The notes under the pieces are model-generated. The model worked only from the letters and a program-made list of their open reading frames with translations. It did not search any database and was not told where the DNA came from. From contig OZ245011.1 in assembly GCA_965223665.1 (NCBI GenBank), forward strand, positions 1,152,001 to 1,216,000: a stretch of 64,000 nt of DNA, given 5' to 3'. Source of the DNA: Nitrospinaceae bacterium (GTDB lineage: Bacteria; Nitrospinota; Nitrospinia; Nitrospinales; Nitrospinaceae). A program made the position numbers and the translations under genes. This document shows, one piece after another, positions 10,025 to 21,809 of this stretch; position 1 is the stretch's first letter, and the number at the start of each line of letters is the position of its first letter.

Positions 10025-10551
10025 TGTACAAACTGTCTCCTTTGCAATGCAGTACCTATTTCCACTTTTTTATTGTGGCCGGAACTACTCACCCACGAAA
10101 CTTCTACATTTACGTCTACCATATGAATTGTGTTTGGTTGGGTAAAATCCTCCCTGGATTGTGCTGAAGGAGGAAAAATGCTAACCGTTGTTTTTCTAGT
10201 AAACCCACCACTTAAAGATTCTGTTTTCGTCCTCGTGTAATCATCAGGTGCACTGTAACTGGTTAAAAATCCATTTTGATCATCAACAAAATATTCAAAC
10301 CCATGAGCACCACCTAAGGGTTCATTGGTTGCGGTACGCTTAATTAATTCCAGTTGATCCGAGGCCAACATTGTAGCTTCAGTATTATCATCAGAATTTC
10401 TTTGATGATGGCTCACAGAATTGAAGGAAGAAAGCAAACCCATAATTCCCACCACTAACACAACAATGGAAATTAAAACTTCTATTAAAGTAAACCCTGA
10501 TTCTTTTCTTTTTTTCAAATTAGCTTCATTCAATGTTTTCATCTTCTTCAT
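10021..10551 (-). CDS. pilV: PilV-like type IV minor pilin
   Basis: SGFTLIEVLISIVVLVVGIMGL; ATMLASDQLE; VNVEVSW. Confidence 0.75.
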   Translation of the reverse strand: MKKMKTLNEANLKKRKESGFTLIEVLISIVVLVVGIMGLLSSFNSVSHHQRNSDDNTEATMLASDQLELIKRTATNEPLGGAHGFEYFVDDQNGFLTSYSAPDDYTRTKTESLSGGFTRKTTVSIFPPSAQSREDFTQPNTIHMVDVNVEVSWVSSSGHNKKVEIGTALQRRQFVQ

Positions 10552-10560
10552 CCCTAAATT

Positions 10561-11193
10561 CTATTCCCAAGGAATAGGTGACAAACTACTGTTATATTTC
10601 CAAAGTTCCGCCGCACCCGTACCTTGAACTACACTAATTCCGCGTAATTGGTCATTTGTCTTGCCGGCATCATCTTTATGTATTAAATATAGAGACCCAC
10701 TAATATTGGACTGACCCCTCTGGTTAAAAACAACGACATCATTGGTTCCCATGGACACACTGTCAGTGATTGTATTATTTTCCATATCTTGAATTGATGA
10801 GCCGTAAAACCCGAATTCAACTAAGTTTTCAAGATTAATGGTTTTTAAGTTTTCTCCACTATCTGCCGAACCATTGCTATTGGTGTCATCCAAAATGGTA
10901 TAACTGTCATTAGCCGAATTAAAAGTTACTATCACGTTATTATTATTTTTAATCGCGGTTGATCTTGCTAATATTAAATCCATATAAACCCGTTCGGATT
11001 CGGCACGAATTTGATAATTCTTCCTCCAAGCTGAAATATTTGGAATCGCAACCGCAATTAGAATTCCAACAATGAGCATGATGACTATAAGCTCTACCAA
11101 AGTCATTCCACGATCATTTTTGGCCTTTTCAAACCAATTCGTTCGGCTCCAACTTTTTATATTCATATTTAATAGTTTAAGGCTATGTATCAT
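10561..11193 (-). CDS. fimT: FimT/FimU (GspH-like) minor pilin
   Basis: RGMTLVELIVIMLIVGILIAVAIP; DLILARSTAIK; VVFNQRG. Confidence 0.75.
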   Translation of the reverse strand: MIHSLKLLNMNIKSWSRTNWFEKAKNDRGMTLVELIVIMLIVGILIAVAIPNISAWRKNYQIRAESERVYMDLILARSTAIKNNNNVIVTFNSANDSYTILDDTNSNGSADSGENLKTINLENLVEFGFYGSSIQDMENNTITDSVSMGTNDVVVFNQRGQSNISGSLYLIHKDDAGKTNDQLRGISVVQGTGAAELWKYNSSLSPIPWE

Positions 11194-11229
11194 TTTCTCT
11201 ACAGTTATTTTTGTTTTTCTGTAACTTTT

Positions 11230-11245
11230 AGCAAGAAGCAGACCT
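11230..11245 (-). promoter_or_regulatory. Putative sigma54 promoter of the pilin cluster
   Basis: Minus strand AGGTCTGCTTCTTGCT (GG-N10-GC). Confidence 0.45.
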
Positions 11246-11698
11246 TAATTCCCAAAGGCAATTTTTTATCTTGATCAAAGTATATTAATCGCAAAATTTC
11301 AAAGCTTATTTTTTGAATTACAATCGCAAATGGCAATAAGATAGAAAATCAAAGAAAATGTTAATAAAAATTATTTAGACAGGCAGGGACAAATTTTGGG
11401 AATGAAAACGACCATTTTTGTCACAAATAGAAAGTTTCAAAGTAAATGAAACTTTATTTTTTTATTTTTTGGGAAATCTATGGAGGGTTTTAAGTTAGCA
11501 TACATTCGGAAGCACCCAAATTGGGTCGCCTTGATCTGTTAATCAAATCACTTTCTTTTGAAGATGTGTATGTAATGATCAAAGGTCTCTACAAGAATAA
11601 TTATTTAATGGTTAAAAAAATGTTCAACCACAACGCAATTTTGTTCCGCCAAATACAATTACTTTTGATGAGACCTGAAACCAATTACAAAATATTGA

Positions 11699-14353
11699 TC
11701 AAAACTTAAACTTATTAACCATTCCTTGTAGTTGTGCAGCGATAGACGCTAATTCTTTAGCTGATTTTTCAGTATCAACGGCTCCACTAGAAGTTACTTG
11801 AGCCGCATCAGCTACACTGGATATATTTTCTGTTATCTCGTTAGTTCCTCTTGCTGCTTCAGAAACATTTCGACTCATTTCATTTGTAGTCACAGACTGC
11901 TCTTCTACAGCACTCGCAATGGTATTGGAAATATCATTGATGGTATTGATAACTTCCGAAATTTCTTCAATAACATCAATAGAGCTTTTAGCGTCCATTT
12001 GAATTGCTTCAATCTTTTGACTAATTTCTTCAGTTGCACTAGCTGTTTGGTTTGCTAATTCTTTTACTTCATTTGCCACTACGGCAAAGCCCTTTCCTGC
12101 CTCCCCGGCACGCGCAGCCTCAATGGTAGCATTTAGAGCCAGCAAATTGGTTTGTTCTGCAATGGAAGTGATCACTTTTATTACCTGGCCTATTTCCTCC
12201 GAGCTTTGCCCCAATTTACTCACTGTCGTATTTGTCTTTTCAGCCAAAGCCACTGCGTTACCAGCAACTTTAGCAGCCTCAGTAGAGTTTTTCGAAATTT
12301 CTTTTATACTTGCAGACATTTCCTCTGCTCCGGTGGCAACTGTATTGACATTTTCTCCTACCTGATTGGATGTTTTTGAAACAACATCAGATTGAAGGGA
12401 AGTCTCTTGAGCACTAGTCCCCATTTGTTGACTTATGGATGCCAGTTCTTCAGAGGAACTTGCCAAAGTTTGAGAAGTTTCACTAATCCCCGTCATACTT
12501 TTCCTGAAGTCATTTATCAGTTTGGTTAATCCCTGTCCTAATTGACCAATCGGATCTTCCCCTTTCACTGAAACTTGTCGAGTCAAATCACCATGACTTG
12601 CAGATTCGACAACCTCCAACATTTCGTTTATTTTTTGACTTAATTCCTCTGCTTGTCTTCTTTCTCTATCAATTTGTTCCCTTTCTTTTTCAGCTTTTTC
12701 CGCTGCGAGCTTACTTTCTCGTTCTTCATTTTGCTTCTCTTGTTTCCTTCGAAGCTCTTCTTGCTCTTTAATTTTTCTTTCGTTCTCAATTTTATCTTTG
12801 GCCTGTGACAACATATTCTCCAAAGATTTTCTAAAATCCCCTTCTACATCAAAATTACTCATGCTTATATTCCCCTCCAGTATCATTTGAGATTGAGAAA
12901 TATAATTTTTAAATGTAGAAATCAAATGATTAAAAGATTTTCCCATAGAACCAATTTCATCATTTAATTGAATCTTAATTTCATCCTGACTTAATTGACC
13001 CTTGCTTAAATCATCAATTGATTTTGAAATCTCGACAATTGGAGCGGAAACTTTATTACCAAGAACGAAAGCAATAACAACAACAATAACCAAGGCTCCT
13101 AATCCAATCCACATAGTAATTTCCTGAATACTATCTAATGTAGAGAATGCTTCCTCCTCATCAATCTCGGCCAGAATCCCCCATCGATTGCCAATAGCTT
13201 CCACTGATCCAAAAGCACTCAATACTGGAACACCACGATAGTCATTAATAACATCAAATCCTGATTCTCCCGACAAAGACCTCTCTGTTCCAATTGTATG
13301 AACTTCATTCATACCAATGGAAGTATTCAAACTTTTTGATTTTTCTAAAATTGAATTTTCCACACCTGTTTGTTTTAAGGTTTTAAAATACTCTTTAGGT
13401 TGTTCAATAAAAAACCGAGAATTATTTCTTAGTTTAAAATCCTTTCCCACTAAATAAACTTCGCCGGAATCTCCCAACCCTACTTTTTTCCAGGATTGAT
13501 TACTGGACATTACCGCGTCAATTCGGTCCACCGGAGCTTGAAAAATTAGAACCCCTACCCGTTCATTATTTTCAAAAATAGGTGAAGCAATAAAAGCAGC
13601 TGCAGCATTATAGGAGGGAGCATATGGAGAAAAATCATCCATAACTACAGAATTTTTTTCTATTTCGAGAGCTTGCTTAAATACCCTTCCTATTCCAGTG
13701 TTTTTGTAGGGCCCGGAGATAAGGTTTGTGGCATAGTCCACTTCTTTAAAAACGCTATAAACAATATAACCTGTTTTTGCATCAACTAAGAATATGTCGT
13801 AATAACCAAATTCATCCAAGAAGGACCTTAATTTAGGATGATATCTTTTGTGAGTTTTGCTATATAAGGACCCATCTGTTGCGGAATCTAAAAGGTGTTT
13901 TGAGCCAATGGGATTAGAGTTTTCGGAAATATATTTTGACTGTAATATTTGAGAAGCTTTATTCTTCGGAAACCATTCTGAAATAGCTTCCTTTGGAGCG
14001 CCTGGAGTATTGGCTTGTTGATAAACATACCGTTCATTTAGTTGATCACTTTCCTTTTGACCATAATTAATTTCAGGTTCCACAGTTATAGAGGAAAAAT
14101 CTCTTGTGAATTCTTTCATGGCTTGGACAACCATTGAATTTTCAGATAAGGTCCGGATTTGCCCTTCGATTTGTTTAAAATAATGTTCTATTTGAAGCTT
14201 TTTCTCTTCTCTTAAGGAAGTCAGTCGATTTTTATTTAAATCAAGAAGTTCTTTTTTTACATTACTTAATGAAATAAAGGTTAAAACCGCCATGGGGACC
14301 AAACCAGCCAACAATAATATAAATATGGTTTTGTTTCGAATATTCCAATTCAC
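11699..14353 (-). CDS. Methyl-accepting chemotaxis protein with large periplasmic Cache-like domain
   Basis: Two TM helices, HAMP domains and [37 protein letters not shown]. Start moved to GTG 14353, which follows GGAGG. Confidence 0.93.
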   Translation of the reverse strand: MNWNIRNKTIFILLLAGLVPMAVLTFISLSNVKKELLDLNKNRLTSLREEKKLQIEHYFKQIEGQIRTLSENSMVVQAMKEFTRDFSSITVEPEINYGQKESDQLNERYVYQQANTPGAPKEAISEWFPKNKASQILQSKYISENSNPIGSKHLLDSATDGSLYSKTHKRYHPKLRSFLDEFGYYDIFLVDAKTGYIVYSVFKEVDYATNLISGPYKNTGIGRVFKQALEIEKNSVVMDDFSPYAPSYNAAAAFIASPIFENNERVGVLIFQAPVDRIDAVMSSNQSWKKVGLGDSGEVYLVGKDFKLRNNSRFFIEQPKEYFKTLKQTGVENSILEKSKSLNTSIGMNEVHTIGTERSLSGESGFDVINDYRGVPVLSAFGSVEAIGNRWGILAEIDEEEAFSTLDSIQEITMWIGLGALVIVVVIAFVLGNKVSAPIVEISKSIDDLSKGQLSQDEIKIQLNDEIGSMGKSFNHLISTFKNYISQSQMILEGNISMSNFDVEGDFRKSLENMLSQAKDKIENERKIKEQEELRRKQEKQNEERESKLAAEKAEKEREQIDRERRQAEELSQKINEMLEVVESASHGDLTRQVSVKGEDPIGQLGQGLTKLINDFRKSMTGISETSQTLASSSEELASISQQMGTSAQETSLQSDVVSKTSNQVGENVNTVATGAEEMSASIKEISKNSTEAAKVAGNAVALAEKTNTTVSKLGQSSEEIGQVIKVITSIAEQTNLLALNATIEAARAGEAGKGFAVVANEVKELANQTASATEEISQKIEAIQMDAKSSIDVIEEISEVINTINDISNTIASAVEEQSVTTNEMSRNVSEAARGTNEITENISSVADAAQVTSSGAVDTEKSAKELASIAAQLQGMVNKFKF

Positions 14354-14873
14354 TTTTAAAAAGCCTCCTAAACCGCGATTGTTGAAAATTATGATTCCGT
14401 TAGATCTATAACAATGGAAAGCTCCCAGCAGCAGTAAACCCAACTCGAAAATCTTTTATTGTTTTGCTCCTTTTCTTCAACCAATTGTCTGGTTATATCC
14501 AGAAAAGAATAACTAAGTGTCTAACTATAGTTAAGAGTAAAATGATTAACTTAAACTTTCAACGTAAAATTGCCATAAATATTTGTTTTTTAAGTTGTTC
14601 AGCCTTTCCGATATTCCTTTCTCGTATATTTTTAGAAATTAAATGTTAATTTAAAAATGACTTGAATTTTGTGTTTATAAATATCTCTCTAGGAAATAAC
14701 CTGCCGAATTTTGGTATTTTCAAGACTCGAAATGAAATCCATACCGAAACTGTTTAGCCATAAAACCGATAAAACACTCTAAAAAAGGCAATCCAAATAA
14801 TTTATTATCTTCCAGAATTCAACCTTTAGAAGTAAAAGCCTCGTTTCCATGGGAAAAAATTAATATAATGCCC

Positions 14874-15836
14874 TTATTCCCGCATTTTCTGAACTTCGTT
14901 GAAAATATCATCCTCAGTCAATATATTTTTTTCCTCTAATATATTAATAATGGCTTGCAGTTTTTCTTCTGAATTTGGGGGAGTTATAGGGGTGGGTTCG
15001 GGTTCCTCATCCCTACATTGGTTTCCCCAAATGGCTTTAACAAATTGGGGATTGTCAATATAAGGATTTCGATTTCCCTGCCAGGAATAGATAACCTCGT
15101 TTCTACGTTTTTCAAAATCATCAACCGGATCTTCTTTATTCCAATTATACAAATCGCAAAGGCGACCAAACCGTGTTGATCCAATGTGAGTGATACCTTC
15201 TACAATTTCCAAATCAGGGGTCTTTGATTGGTCCGACCCTTCATATCTAGTGGCCATATAAAACATCATTCTTGCCACATCTCCCTTGACTACGTTTGGT
15301 GGTTCCCAGGTATTAGAGGTAAATCGACAATCTCTACATTCATGATGCTTACGACCTCCTAAACCAAAGTCCATATTACCTCTGTCGCTATTGACTGTTT
15401 TGTCGGAAGGTCTCAAATGATGTGCGTCCGTATGGGCAGCCTGATCTTTTCTTTTAAACCCATGCGATTTGGCCCAAACATGCTCCCGGTTCCAGTTATT
15501 ATTTCCTCCACTACTTCTAACCTTTTTACTTTTAGCCAGGCTTCGACCCGTATAAATTAAAATTACATTATTTCTATTATTAGGATCCTCATCGGATTCT
15601 TCTAATATCTTCCAAACACATTTATAGGAATGGCGTGTATGACCTTTAATTATTCTGTTAAGAGCTGATTTTAATTCAGGGCCGCTTTTTCCCATGGCGG
15701 TTTGATAATATTTATTAGAATCAAATGGTTCAATTCCAGAAGGTTTACGACAATTTGCTTGAGAATTCCCTGCCAAAAAAACACCAATAAGAAATAAAAC
15801 AATGGTTTCTAATCTTAAACGCTTTAAATAGAACAT
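14874..15836 (-). CDS. Secreted endonuclease I family nuclease (Bsn-like)
   Basis: NREHVWAKSHG, HTDAHHLRP, KGDVARMMFYMATRY, QGNRNPYID; signal peptide from Met 15836. Confidence 0.9.
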   Translation of the reverse strand: MFYLKRLRLETIVLFLIGVFLAGNSQANCRKPSGIEPFDSNKYYQTAMGKSGPELKSALNRIIKGHTRHSYKCVWKILEESDEDPNNRNNVILIYTGRSLAKSKKVRSSGGNNNWNREHVWAKSHGFKRKDQAAHTDAHHLRPSDKTVNSDRGNMDFGLGGRKHHECRDCRFTSNTWEPPNVVKGDVARMMFYMATRYEGSDQSKTPDLEIVEGITHIGSTRFGRLCDLYNWNKEDPVDDFEKRRNEVIYSWQGNRNPYIDNPQFVKAIWGNQCRDEEPEPTPITPPNSEEKLQAIINILEEKNILTEDDIFNEVQKMRE

Positions 15837-16143
15837 TCTTATCCCCCCTAGTGAACAAATCGTTTTGTATTGGAAATCAAACCCTGATGGAACCAAATTT
15901 TATCCTCTAAACGAAACTAATTCTATTAAAAAATAAAACCTTTTGGGGAATAACATTCCATAACTTGTAACTTATTAAAACTACCAATGAACTCTTAAGC
16001 CCCTAACTTAAAAATATCAATCGATGTTAACAAATCTTTCCACAATCAATATCCATTCCTTGACATTAATAACTCAGTTAAGATTAAATTGGTTAAACCC
16101 TATAATTCGTAGGCCAATAAAAATCTTTGCTCGGAATAAACAA

Positions 16144-16866
16144 ATGAAAAAAATATATATTGTCGCAATTCTAACTTGGTTATCTTTTGTAAACACAAGC
16201 CAAGCTGGTCTATTGGATGATTTTTTAGGCGGATTTAAAAATAATCCCCTTACTGGTGGTCAGCTTTCATTAGATACAACAATTAAAGGTTTAAAGGAGG
16301 CTCTTTCGATAGGCTCAGATAATGCTGTTGCGTTATTGTCTAAAAATGAAGGCTATTTATCTAACGAGGCGGTAAAAATTTTAATGCCAGAAAAAATTCA
16401 AAACGTTGCCGACATGCTTTCTAAAATTGGTTATCAAAAACAAGTAGACAATTTTATTCTTAGCATGAACCAAGCCGCTGAAAACGCAGCTCCACAAGCA
16501 AAGGAACATTTTTTGAACGCAATCAAAGAAATGTCCTTTGAAGATGCTAAAAAGATTTTAAACGGATCAAATACCGCGGCAACCGATTATTTAAAAACTA
16601 AAACTTCCAAAAAAATATTTGATTCCTTTAAACCAATTGTCACATCGAGCTTAAACAAAGTTGGGGGAACTCAAGCTTACAACACATTAATGGAGAAATT
16701 TAATTCTATTCCATTCGCAACAACACAATCTTTTGATCTCAACAATTATGTTACCGATAATGCTTTAAAGGGAATGTTCTATATGATCGGTAGAGAAGAA
16801 GAAAAAATCAGAACTGATCCGGCGGCAAGAGTAACAGATGTATTAAAAAAAGTATTTTCCAAATAA
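16144..16866 (+). CDS. DUF4197 family secreted protein
   Basis: GLKEALSIG, SMNQAAENA, ATDYLK, EEEKIRTDPAARVTDVLKKVF; signal peptide from Met 16144. Confidence 0.85.
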   Translation: MKKIYIVAILTWLSFVNTSQAGLLDDFLGGFKNNPLTGGQLSLDTTIKGLKEALSIGSDNAVALLSKNEGYLSNEAVKILMPEKIQNVADMLSKIGYQKQVDNFILSMNQAAENAAPQAKEHFLNAIKEMSFEDAKKILNGSNTAATDYLKTKTSKKIFDSFKPIVTSSLNKVGGTQAYNTLMEKFNSIPFATTQSFDLNNYVTDNALKGMFYMIGREEEKIRTDPAARVTDVLKKVFSK

Positions 16867-16981
16867 CATACTTTTTATGTTTTTTCTTTATTCCTTAAAA
16901 ATTTAATTTTAAGAAATTTAATTTACTTTATTTTGAAGTTTGAAATTCGATAAAAGTAGTTATATTTTTTATAATAATTTT

Positions 16982-18952
16982 TTATGAATTCCAATTTTTT
17001 GATTGCTTTACAATTTCTTGGAGTTCTGCCGAAAGATTAGACAGTTCCATTGCCGCTTTCTGAGAATCATTAGCCGCTTGGGTAGTACTTTGAGCAGCGC
17101 TGGAAACACCTGCAATATTTTGAGCAATTTCTCTAGACCCACGAGCCGCATCTGTAACATTACGACTCATCTCATTTGTTGTAGCTGTTTGCTCCTCGAC
17201 TGCACCTGCAATATTATTTGAAATATCATTTATTTGATTTATCACATCAGAAATTTCGTGTATTGCATTTACAGATTGTTGAGTGTCTGATTGAATGGCC
17301 TCAATTTTTAAACTTATTTCTTCGGTGGCTTTTGCGGTTTGATTTGCTAATTCTTTTACTTCATTGGCAACCACAGCAAACCCTTTTCCAGCTTCACCTG
17401 CTCTGGCCGCTTCAATGGTGGCATTGAGTGCCAATAAGTTAGTTTGCTCGGCAATTGATGTAATCACTTTGATCACTTGCCCAATTTCCTGAGAACTTTC
17501 TCCCAATTGAGTCACCGTTGAGTTAGTTTTCTGCGCAATTTCCACAGCCGATCGAGAAATCCTAGCCGCCTCACTAGAACTTTTCGCAATTTCCTTAATA
17601 CTAGCACTCATTTCTTCTGTTCCTGTAGCAACTGTCTCAACATTTGTATTCACCTCATCTGAAGACCTAGAAACAATTCCAGCTTGAGTGGAGGTTTCCT
17701 CTGCATTTCCAGCCAATTGTTGGCTCACAGAAGAAAGTTCTTCTGAAGAACTGGCAAGAATTGTAGCTTTATTCGTTACTTCTTCAATAATTTTTTGCAT
17801 TTCCTCTGTTATATCTTTTTCTCTCCGTTGCATTTCTATCTTTTTAGTGACAATCTCCCAAGTCATCATAGGGCCTAAAAAATTTCTATCGTCGTCATAT
17901 ATTGGAGAAACTAAAACATCCAAGATTTCAGGACCTAATTTAATTTGTGCTTTATGAGGTAAATTTTTTGGATCAGAAAGGATTTTCCTTTGATATGCAG
18001 GGTTTTTATGAAATATATCAATACTCTGGCCAGGGATCTCATCCACTTTCACTGGAAGGTATTTCTCTAAAACTTTCAGAGTATCTTTGGAAGCCGTATT
18101 CATATATTGAATATTAAAATTTAAGTCGGTACACATAACATTAACAGGAGCATTTTCCATCATCGAATTCACTCGAGCCATATTAGTTATTAGACTTCGC
18201 AAGTTTTTTACCATATTGGAAAAAGATCCTCCTAAAGATCCCTGACTATTATCGATTAAAGCACTATTATTTAAATCATTTTTGGAAATTATTTCTGCTT
18301 GCTTAGAAAACCAAACCATTTTTTCATTTAGTTTACTAAACGCCTCACCCAGTTCACCTGGCATTCTTTCTTTTAGGATTCTATTTTCAAGATCATCATT
18401 AGCAATTGCAATTGCTTGAGCAGTTAACTTTCGGGTTTCCTTGGTCAAGTTATCAAATGCATCCGCTAACTCACCATGTGTCACCTGATATTCCTTCTCA
18501 ACAAAATCAGCCGCAGAGTCAAAATCCATTCCCTGGTTCATTCGCTCAAACATTTTTGTTGTATTTAAATTGCCGTCTTCAATATCTGTTGCTTGCTTTA
18601 CAAAAAGTTGGAATGTCGAAATCATTTGATTGAAATTATCAGCCAATACTCCAAGTTCATCTCCTGAATTGTAATTTATTGTTTGCTGATTTAAGTTTCC
18701 ATTCGCCAATTGAATCGAGGTATCCGTCAACAACTTAACAGGTTTACATATGGAACGGGCAACAAAAATTCCCAGTATAGTTCCAACCAATAAACCAGCT
18801 ATTAGCAACCCCCAAAGCCAACCGTATAAAGATGAACCAGGGTCTGTCTGAGACATTGTAATTGAGGTAGTTAAAAGAAAAATCACGCCAATTGAGCCAA
18901 ACCCAAAGCCAATTTTCTTACCAATACTTAAATTTTTAAAAACCTCACCCAT
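16982..18952 (-). CDS. Methyl-accepting chemotaxis protein with Aer2-type PAS domain
   Basis: TM hairpin, HAMP domains, PAS ([10 protein letters not shown]...[14 protein letters not shown]...MTW) and MCP signalling motif. Confidence 0.93.
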   Translation of the reverse strand: MGEVFKNLSIGKKIGFGFGSIGVIFLLTTSITMSQTDPGSSLYGWLWGLLIAGLLVGTILGIFVARSICKPVKLLTDTSIQLANGNLNQQTINYNSGDELGVLADNFNQMISTFQLFVKQATDIEDGNLNTTKMFERMNQGMDFDSAADFVEKEYQVTHGELADAFDNLTKETRKLTAQAIAIANDDLENRILKERMPGELGEAFSKLNEKMVWFSKQAEIISKNDLNNSALIDNSQGSLGGSFSNMVKNLRSLITNMARVNSMMENAPVNVMCTDLNFNIQYMNTASKDTLKVLEKYLPVKVDEIPGQSIDIFHKNPAYQRKILSDPKNLPHKAQIKLGPEILDVLVSPIYDDDRNFLGPMMTWEIVTKKIEMQRREKDITEEMQKIIEEVTNKATILASSSEELSSVSQQLAGNAEETSTQAGIVSRSSDEVNTNVETVATGTEEMSASIKEIAKSSSEAARISRSAVEIAQKTNSTVTQLGESSQEIGQVIKVITSIAEQTNLLALNATIEAARAGEAGKGFAVVANEVKELANQTAKATEEISLKIEAIQSDTQQSVNAIHEISDVINQINDISNNIAGAVEEQTATTNEMSRNVTDAARGSREIAQNIAGVSSAAQSTTQAANDSQKAAMELSNLSAELQEIVKQSKNWNS

Positions 18953-19003
18953 GCTTTACTCCTAAATTTACAAAATCAAAAAAATCTACTCTAGTTGTAC
19001 TTA

Positions 19004-19019
19004 TGCAACCAGGTACCCT
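19004..19019 (-). promoter_or_regulatory. Possible sigma54 promoter
   Basis: Minus strand AGGGTACCTGGTTGCA (GG-N10-GC), about 50 nt upstream of the MCP start. Confidence 0.35.
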
Positions 19020-19324
19020 TTTTGAGAGTTTGTAATCGATATACAAGTTCCTTAAAACTTTTTAGAAAAGAATCTTTAAAGTCCATTAATTCATAATAGA
19101 ATCAATGAGTTTCACTCATTTGTAAACGGAAAATTAACCAAAAAGAATTAGATCCAATTTTTTAACAACTCTTATTTCAGTATAGGCAAAAAATTAAGAC
19201 ATTAAAGCTGCGAATACCCTTATTAGGTCATAGTTGTTGATGGCTGAGGATTGTCTTATTTAGGAGGGGAAGATGGAATTCCATCAATTTTTCACAAAAA
19301 TCAATTTAGGACAAACAAATTAAA

Positions 19325-21049
19325 TCAAGAGATAGTACTGACCGGTTTATTTTCTAATACTTTTTCTTCATAAATACAAACTCGGTCTCGACCAGAATTT
19401 TTGGCTTGATATAAAGCTGTATCTGCATTTTTTACTAGAGTTTGAGCAACTCCAGGCTTGGGAGTCTGAGAAGCTACACCTAAACTAATGGTAATATTCT
19501 TTTGAGAAGCCCCTAATTTGACGGTAATCTTTAGCTTTCTAATAGCATCACAAAAGCGTTGCGCAACAATGGCAGCTCCTTGCGTTTCCGTCATGGGAAG
19601 AATAACAGCAAACTCTTCTCCCCCAATTCGAGCTACAATATCTCCTGGACGTTTCAACATCGATTGAATTTTGTTAGCAACTATCTTTAAGCATCGATCG
19701 CCCGCAGGGTGTCCATAAGAATCATTAAACTGCTTAAAAAAATCAATATCCAATACAATCACAGAGATAGGAAGTTTTACCCGTTCGCATCTCGACCATT
19801 CTCGTTTTAAAACTTCTTCAAACAACCTACGATTTGGAATTCCGGTTAAAGGGTCATGGTATGAAAGCTTTTCTAATAATTTATTCTTCTCTTCCAATTC
19901 GATTTTTCTATTGTGTAGCTCCATCTCCATATTTTTACGTGCGGTAATATCCTTAAATGTTACAACAGCACCCTTAATAATCCCATTTTCAACTATGGGA
20001 TTGCTAATATACTCTACTGGAAAACTGGTCCCATCTTTCCTCCAAAATACTTCATTATCTTCTCTATGAACTTTTCCATCTTTAAAAGACGCAAAAATGG
20101 GACATTCCTCTATTGGATACGGGCTTCCATCGAATTTAGTATGATGAATCATTTTATGCTGAGGGCAATCCAGCATTTCCTCAATTTTATAACCTAACAT
20201 TTTTAATGCGGAAGAATTCACAAATGTGGTTTTCCCATTTAAATCGACCCCATAAATTCCCTCACCAGCAGATTCCAGAATTTGCCTGTTTCTTTCATGC
20301 AGATTTTTCAAGTTTTTCTCAAATAATTTCCTTTCTGAAAGATCTCGCGTAATTCCGCAGAAATGAATCTCACCTCCTAATTCCATTTGACTTACTGACA
20401 AATCCAAAGGAAAAGTACGTCCATCTTTTTTTAAACCCACTACTTCTCTTCCAATTCCTATAATTCTGGAATTCCCTATTTCTAAATATTTTTTTATATA
20501 TTGATCATGCTCTGAATTCCAAGGTTCGGGAACAATAATTTTTATATTCTTTCCCAAGGCCTCTCCACATGAGTAACCAAACATTTTTTCGGCGGCAGGA
20601 TTAAAACTTTGAATAATTCCCATTGAGTTTGTAGTAATTATTCCGTCATCTGAGTGATTCAAAATTGCCTGAACCCTTGCTTCATTATCGAGGCGTGAAG
20701 CATTTTGCTCGCTCCTCTCTAATCCCTTTTGATATGACCAACATAAGAAAGCAGTAGCCCATAATAAAAAAAGACTCAATGTCCGATTGAATAAAATCTT
20801 CCAACTTTCACCACCAGGAGGAGACAAATAATACCCTAGCCAAATTAAAAGGGAGCCTATACTAGCGGCCATCAAAATATGATCTTTTCTTCCTGAGCTC
20901 AAAGAGAATAAAACTAAAAACACATAAGGAATACCAGCGGCAACTCCCAATTCCACTGACAAATCGAAGGTAAGAAACAAAAGAATTAGAAGAATTTGAA
21001 CACTATAATAAAAATAATTACTTATTTTTATAGAAAAAAAATTTTTCAT
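19325..21049 (-). CDS. Membrane PAS-PAS diguanylate cyclase
   Basis: N-terminal TMs; FixL-like PAS (EHDQYIKKY...IIGIGREVVG); DPLTGIPNRR, RPGD I-site and GGEEF active site. Confidence 0.93.
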   Translation of the reverse strand: MKNFFSIKISNYFYYSVQILLILLFLTFDLSVELGVAAGIPYVFLVLFSLSSGRKDHILMAASIGSLLIWLGYYLSPPGGESWKILFNRTLSLFLLWATAFLCWSYQKGLERSEQNASRLDNEARVQAILNHSDDGIITTNSMGIIQSFNPAAEKMFGYSCGEALGKNIKIIVPEPWNSEHDQYIKKYLEIGNSRIIGIGREVVGLKKDGRTFPLDLSVSQMELGGEIHFCGITRDLSERKLFEKNLKNLHERNRQILESAGEGIYGVDLNGKTTFVNSSALKMLGYKIEEMLDCPQHKMIHHTKFDGSPYPIEECPIFASFKDGKVHREDNEVFWRKDGTSFPVEYISNPIVENGIIKGAVVTFKDITARKNMEMELHNRKIELEEKNKLLEKLSYHDPLTGIPNRRLFEEVLKREWSRCERVKLPISVIVLDIDFFKQFNDSYGHPAGDRCLKIVANKIQSMLKRPGDIVARIGGEEFAVILPMTETQGAAIVAQRFCDAIRKLKITVKLGASQKNITISLGVASQTPKPGVAQTLVKNADTALYQAKNSGRDRVCIYEEKVLENKPVSTIS

Positions 21050-21379
21050 TCAATTAATATAAACTTTTCCGAGCAATAATCCTGGATTCGTATGAAATCT
21101 CTTTCTCACTTTTAATATCCTTCTTTCAATTAGTATAAGGGATAAAGACCAATTTTTAACTCAAAAATCCTTGCTCTGACTAAAGGATTTACTTGATAAT
21201 AGAATAGGTAATTTATAATTGTGGATTCTTTTTTCTTTACTGAAAATGGGCTCTGATTATTCTGGCGCTTCCATAAACTTCTATTTTATATTTTTCAAAT
21301 AAAATTACTTTTTATGTTAACCTAATTAGATAGTTTTCATACTATTGTAAGTCCACAAACATTTAATCCGAAAAACCAA

Positions 21380-21772
21380 ATGGCTAAGATTATTGTCGTT
21401 GAAGATGAAAACCCTGTTTGGAAATTATTGGAGTTTAAACTTCGAAAATCGGGGCACACTCCCCTCCATGCAAAAGATGGAGAAGAGGCATTAGACTTAT
21501 CAAGAATGCAGCAACCAGACCTCATCCTATTGGATTTAATGATCCCCTATCCAGATGGAATTCAGGTTTTAAAAACTCTAAAAGAAGACCCAGAACTCAG
21601 TAGCATTCCTGTAATAATTCTTTCTTCATTAGCTCAAGATAATAATGTGCTTACCGGCCTTAAGTTAGGTGCTGAGGATTATTTAACCAAACCTTTTAGT
21701 CCTGAAGAACTAATTTTAAGAGTAAACAAACTCTTACTTCGAACACAACACCAAGCACCCAAGAATTCTTAA
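21380..21772 (+). CDS. Single-domain response regulator
   Basis: IIVVEDE, DLILLDLMIP, DYLTKPF. Confidence 0.9.
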   Translation: MAKIIVVEDENPVWKLLEFKLRKSGHTPLHAKDGEEALDLSRMQQPDLILLDLMIPYPDGIQVLKTLKEDPELSSIPVIILSSLAQDNNVLTGLKLGAEDYLTKPFSPEELILRVNKLLLRTQHQAPKNS

Positions 21773-21809
21773 CAAGCAAAAACAACACAGTCCAATTTAT
21801 CAAGCTAAA

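Noticed and set aside
11521-11709. Short AT-rich intergenic ORFs (also 14464-14649 and 53864-54088)
   Set aside because: No RBS or recognisable motif; expected by chance.
11798-18633. Plus-strand ORFs inside the two MCP genes
   Set aside because: Antisense shadows of conserved MCP coding sequence.
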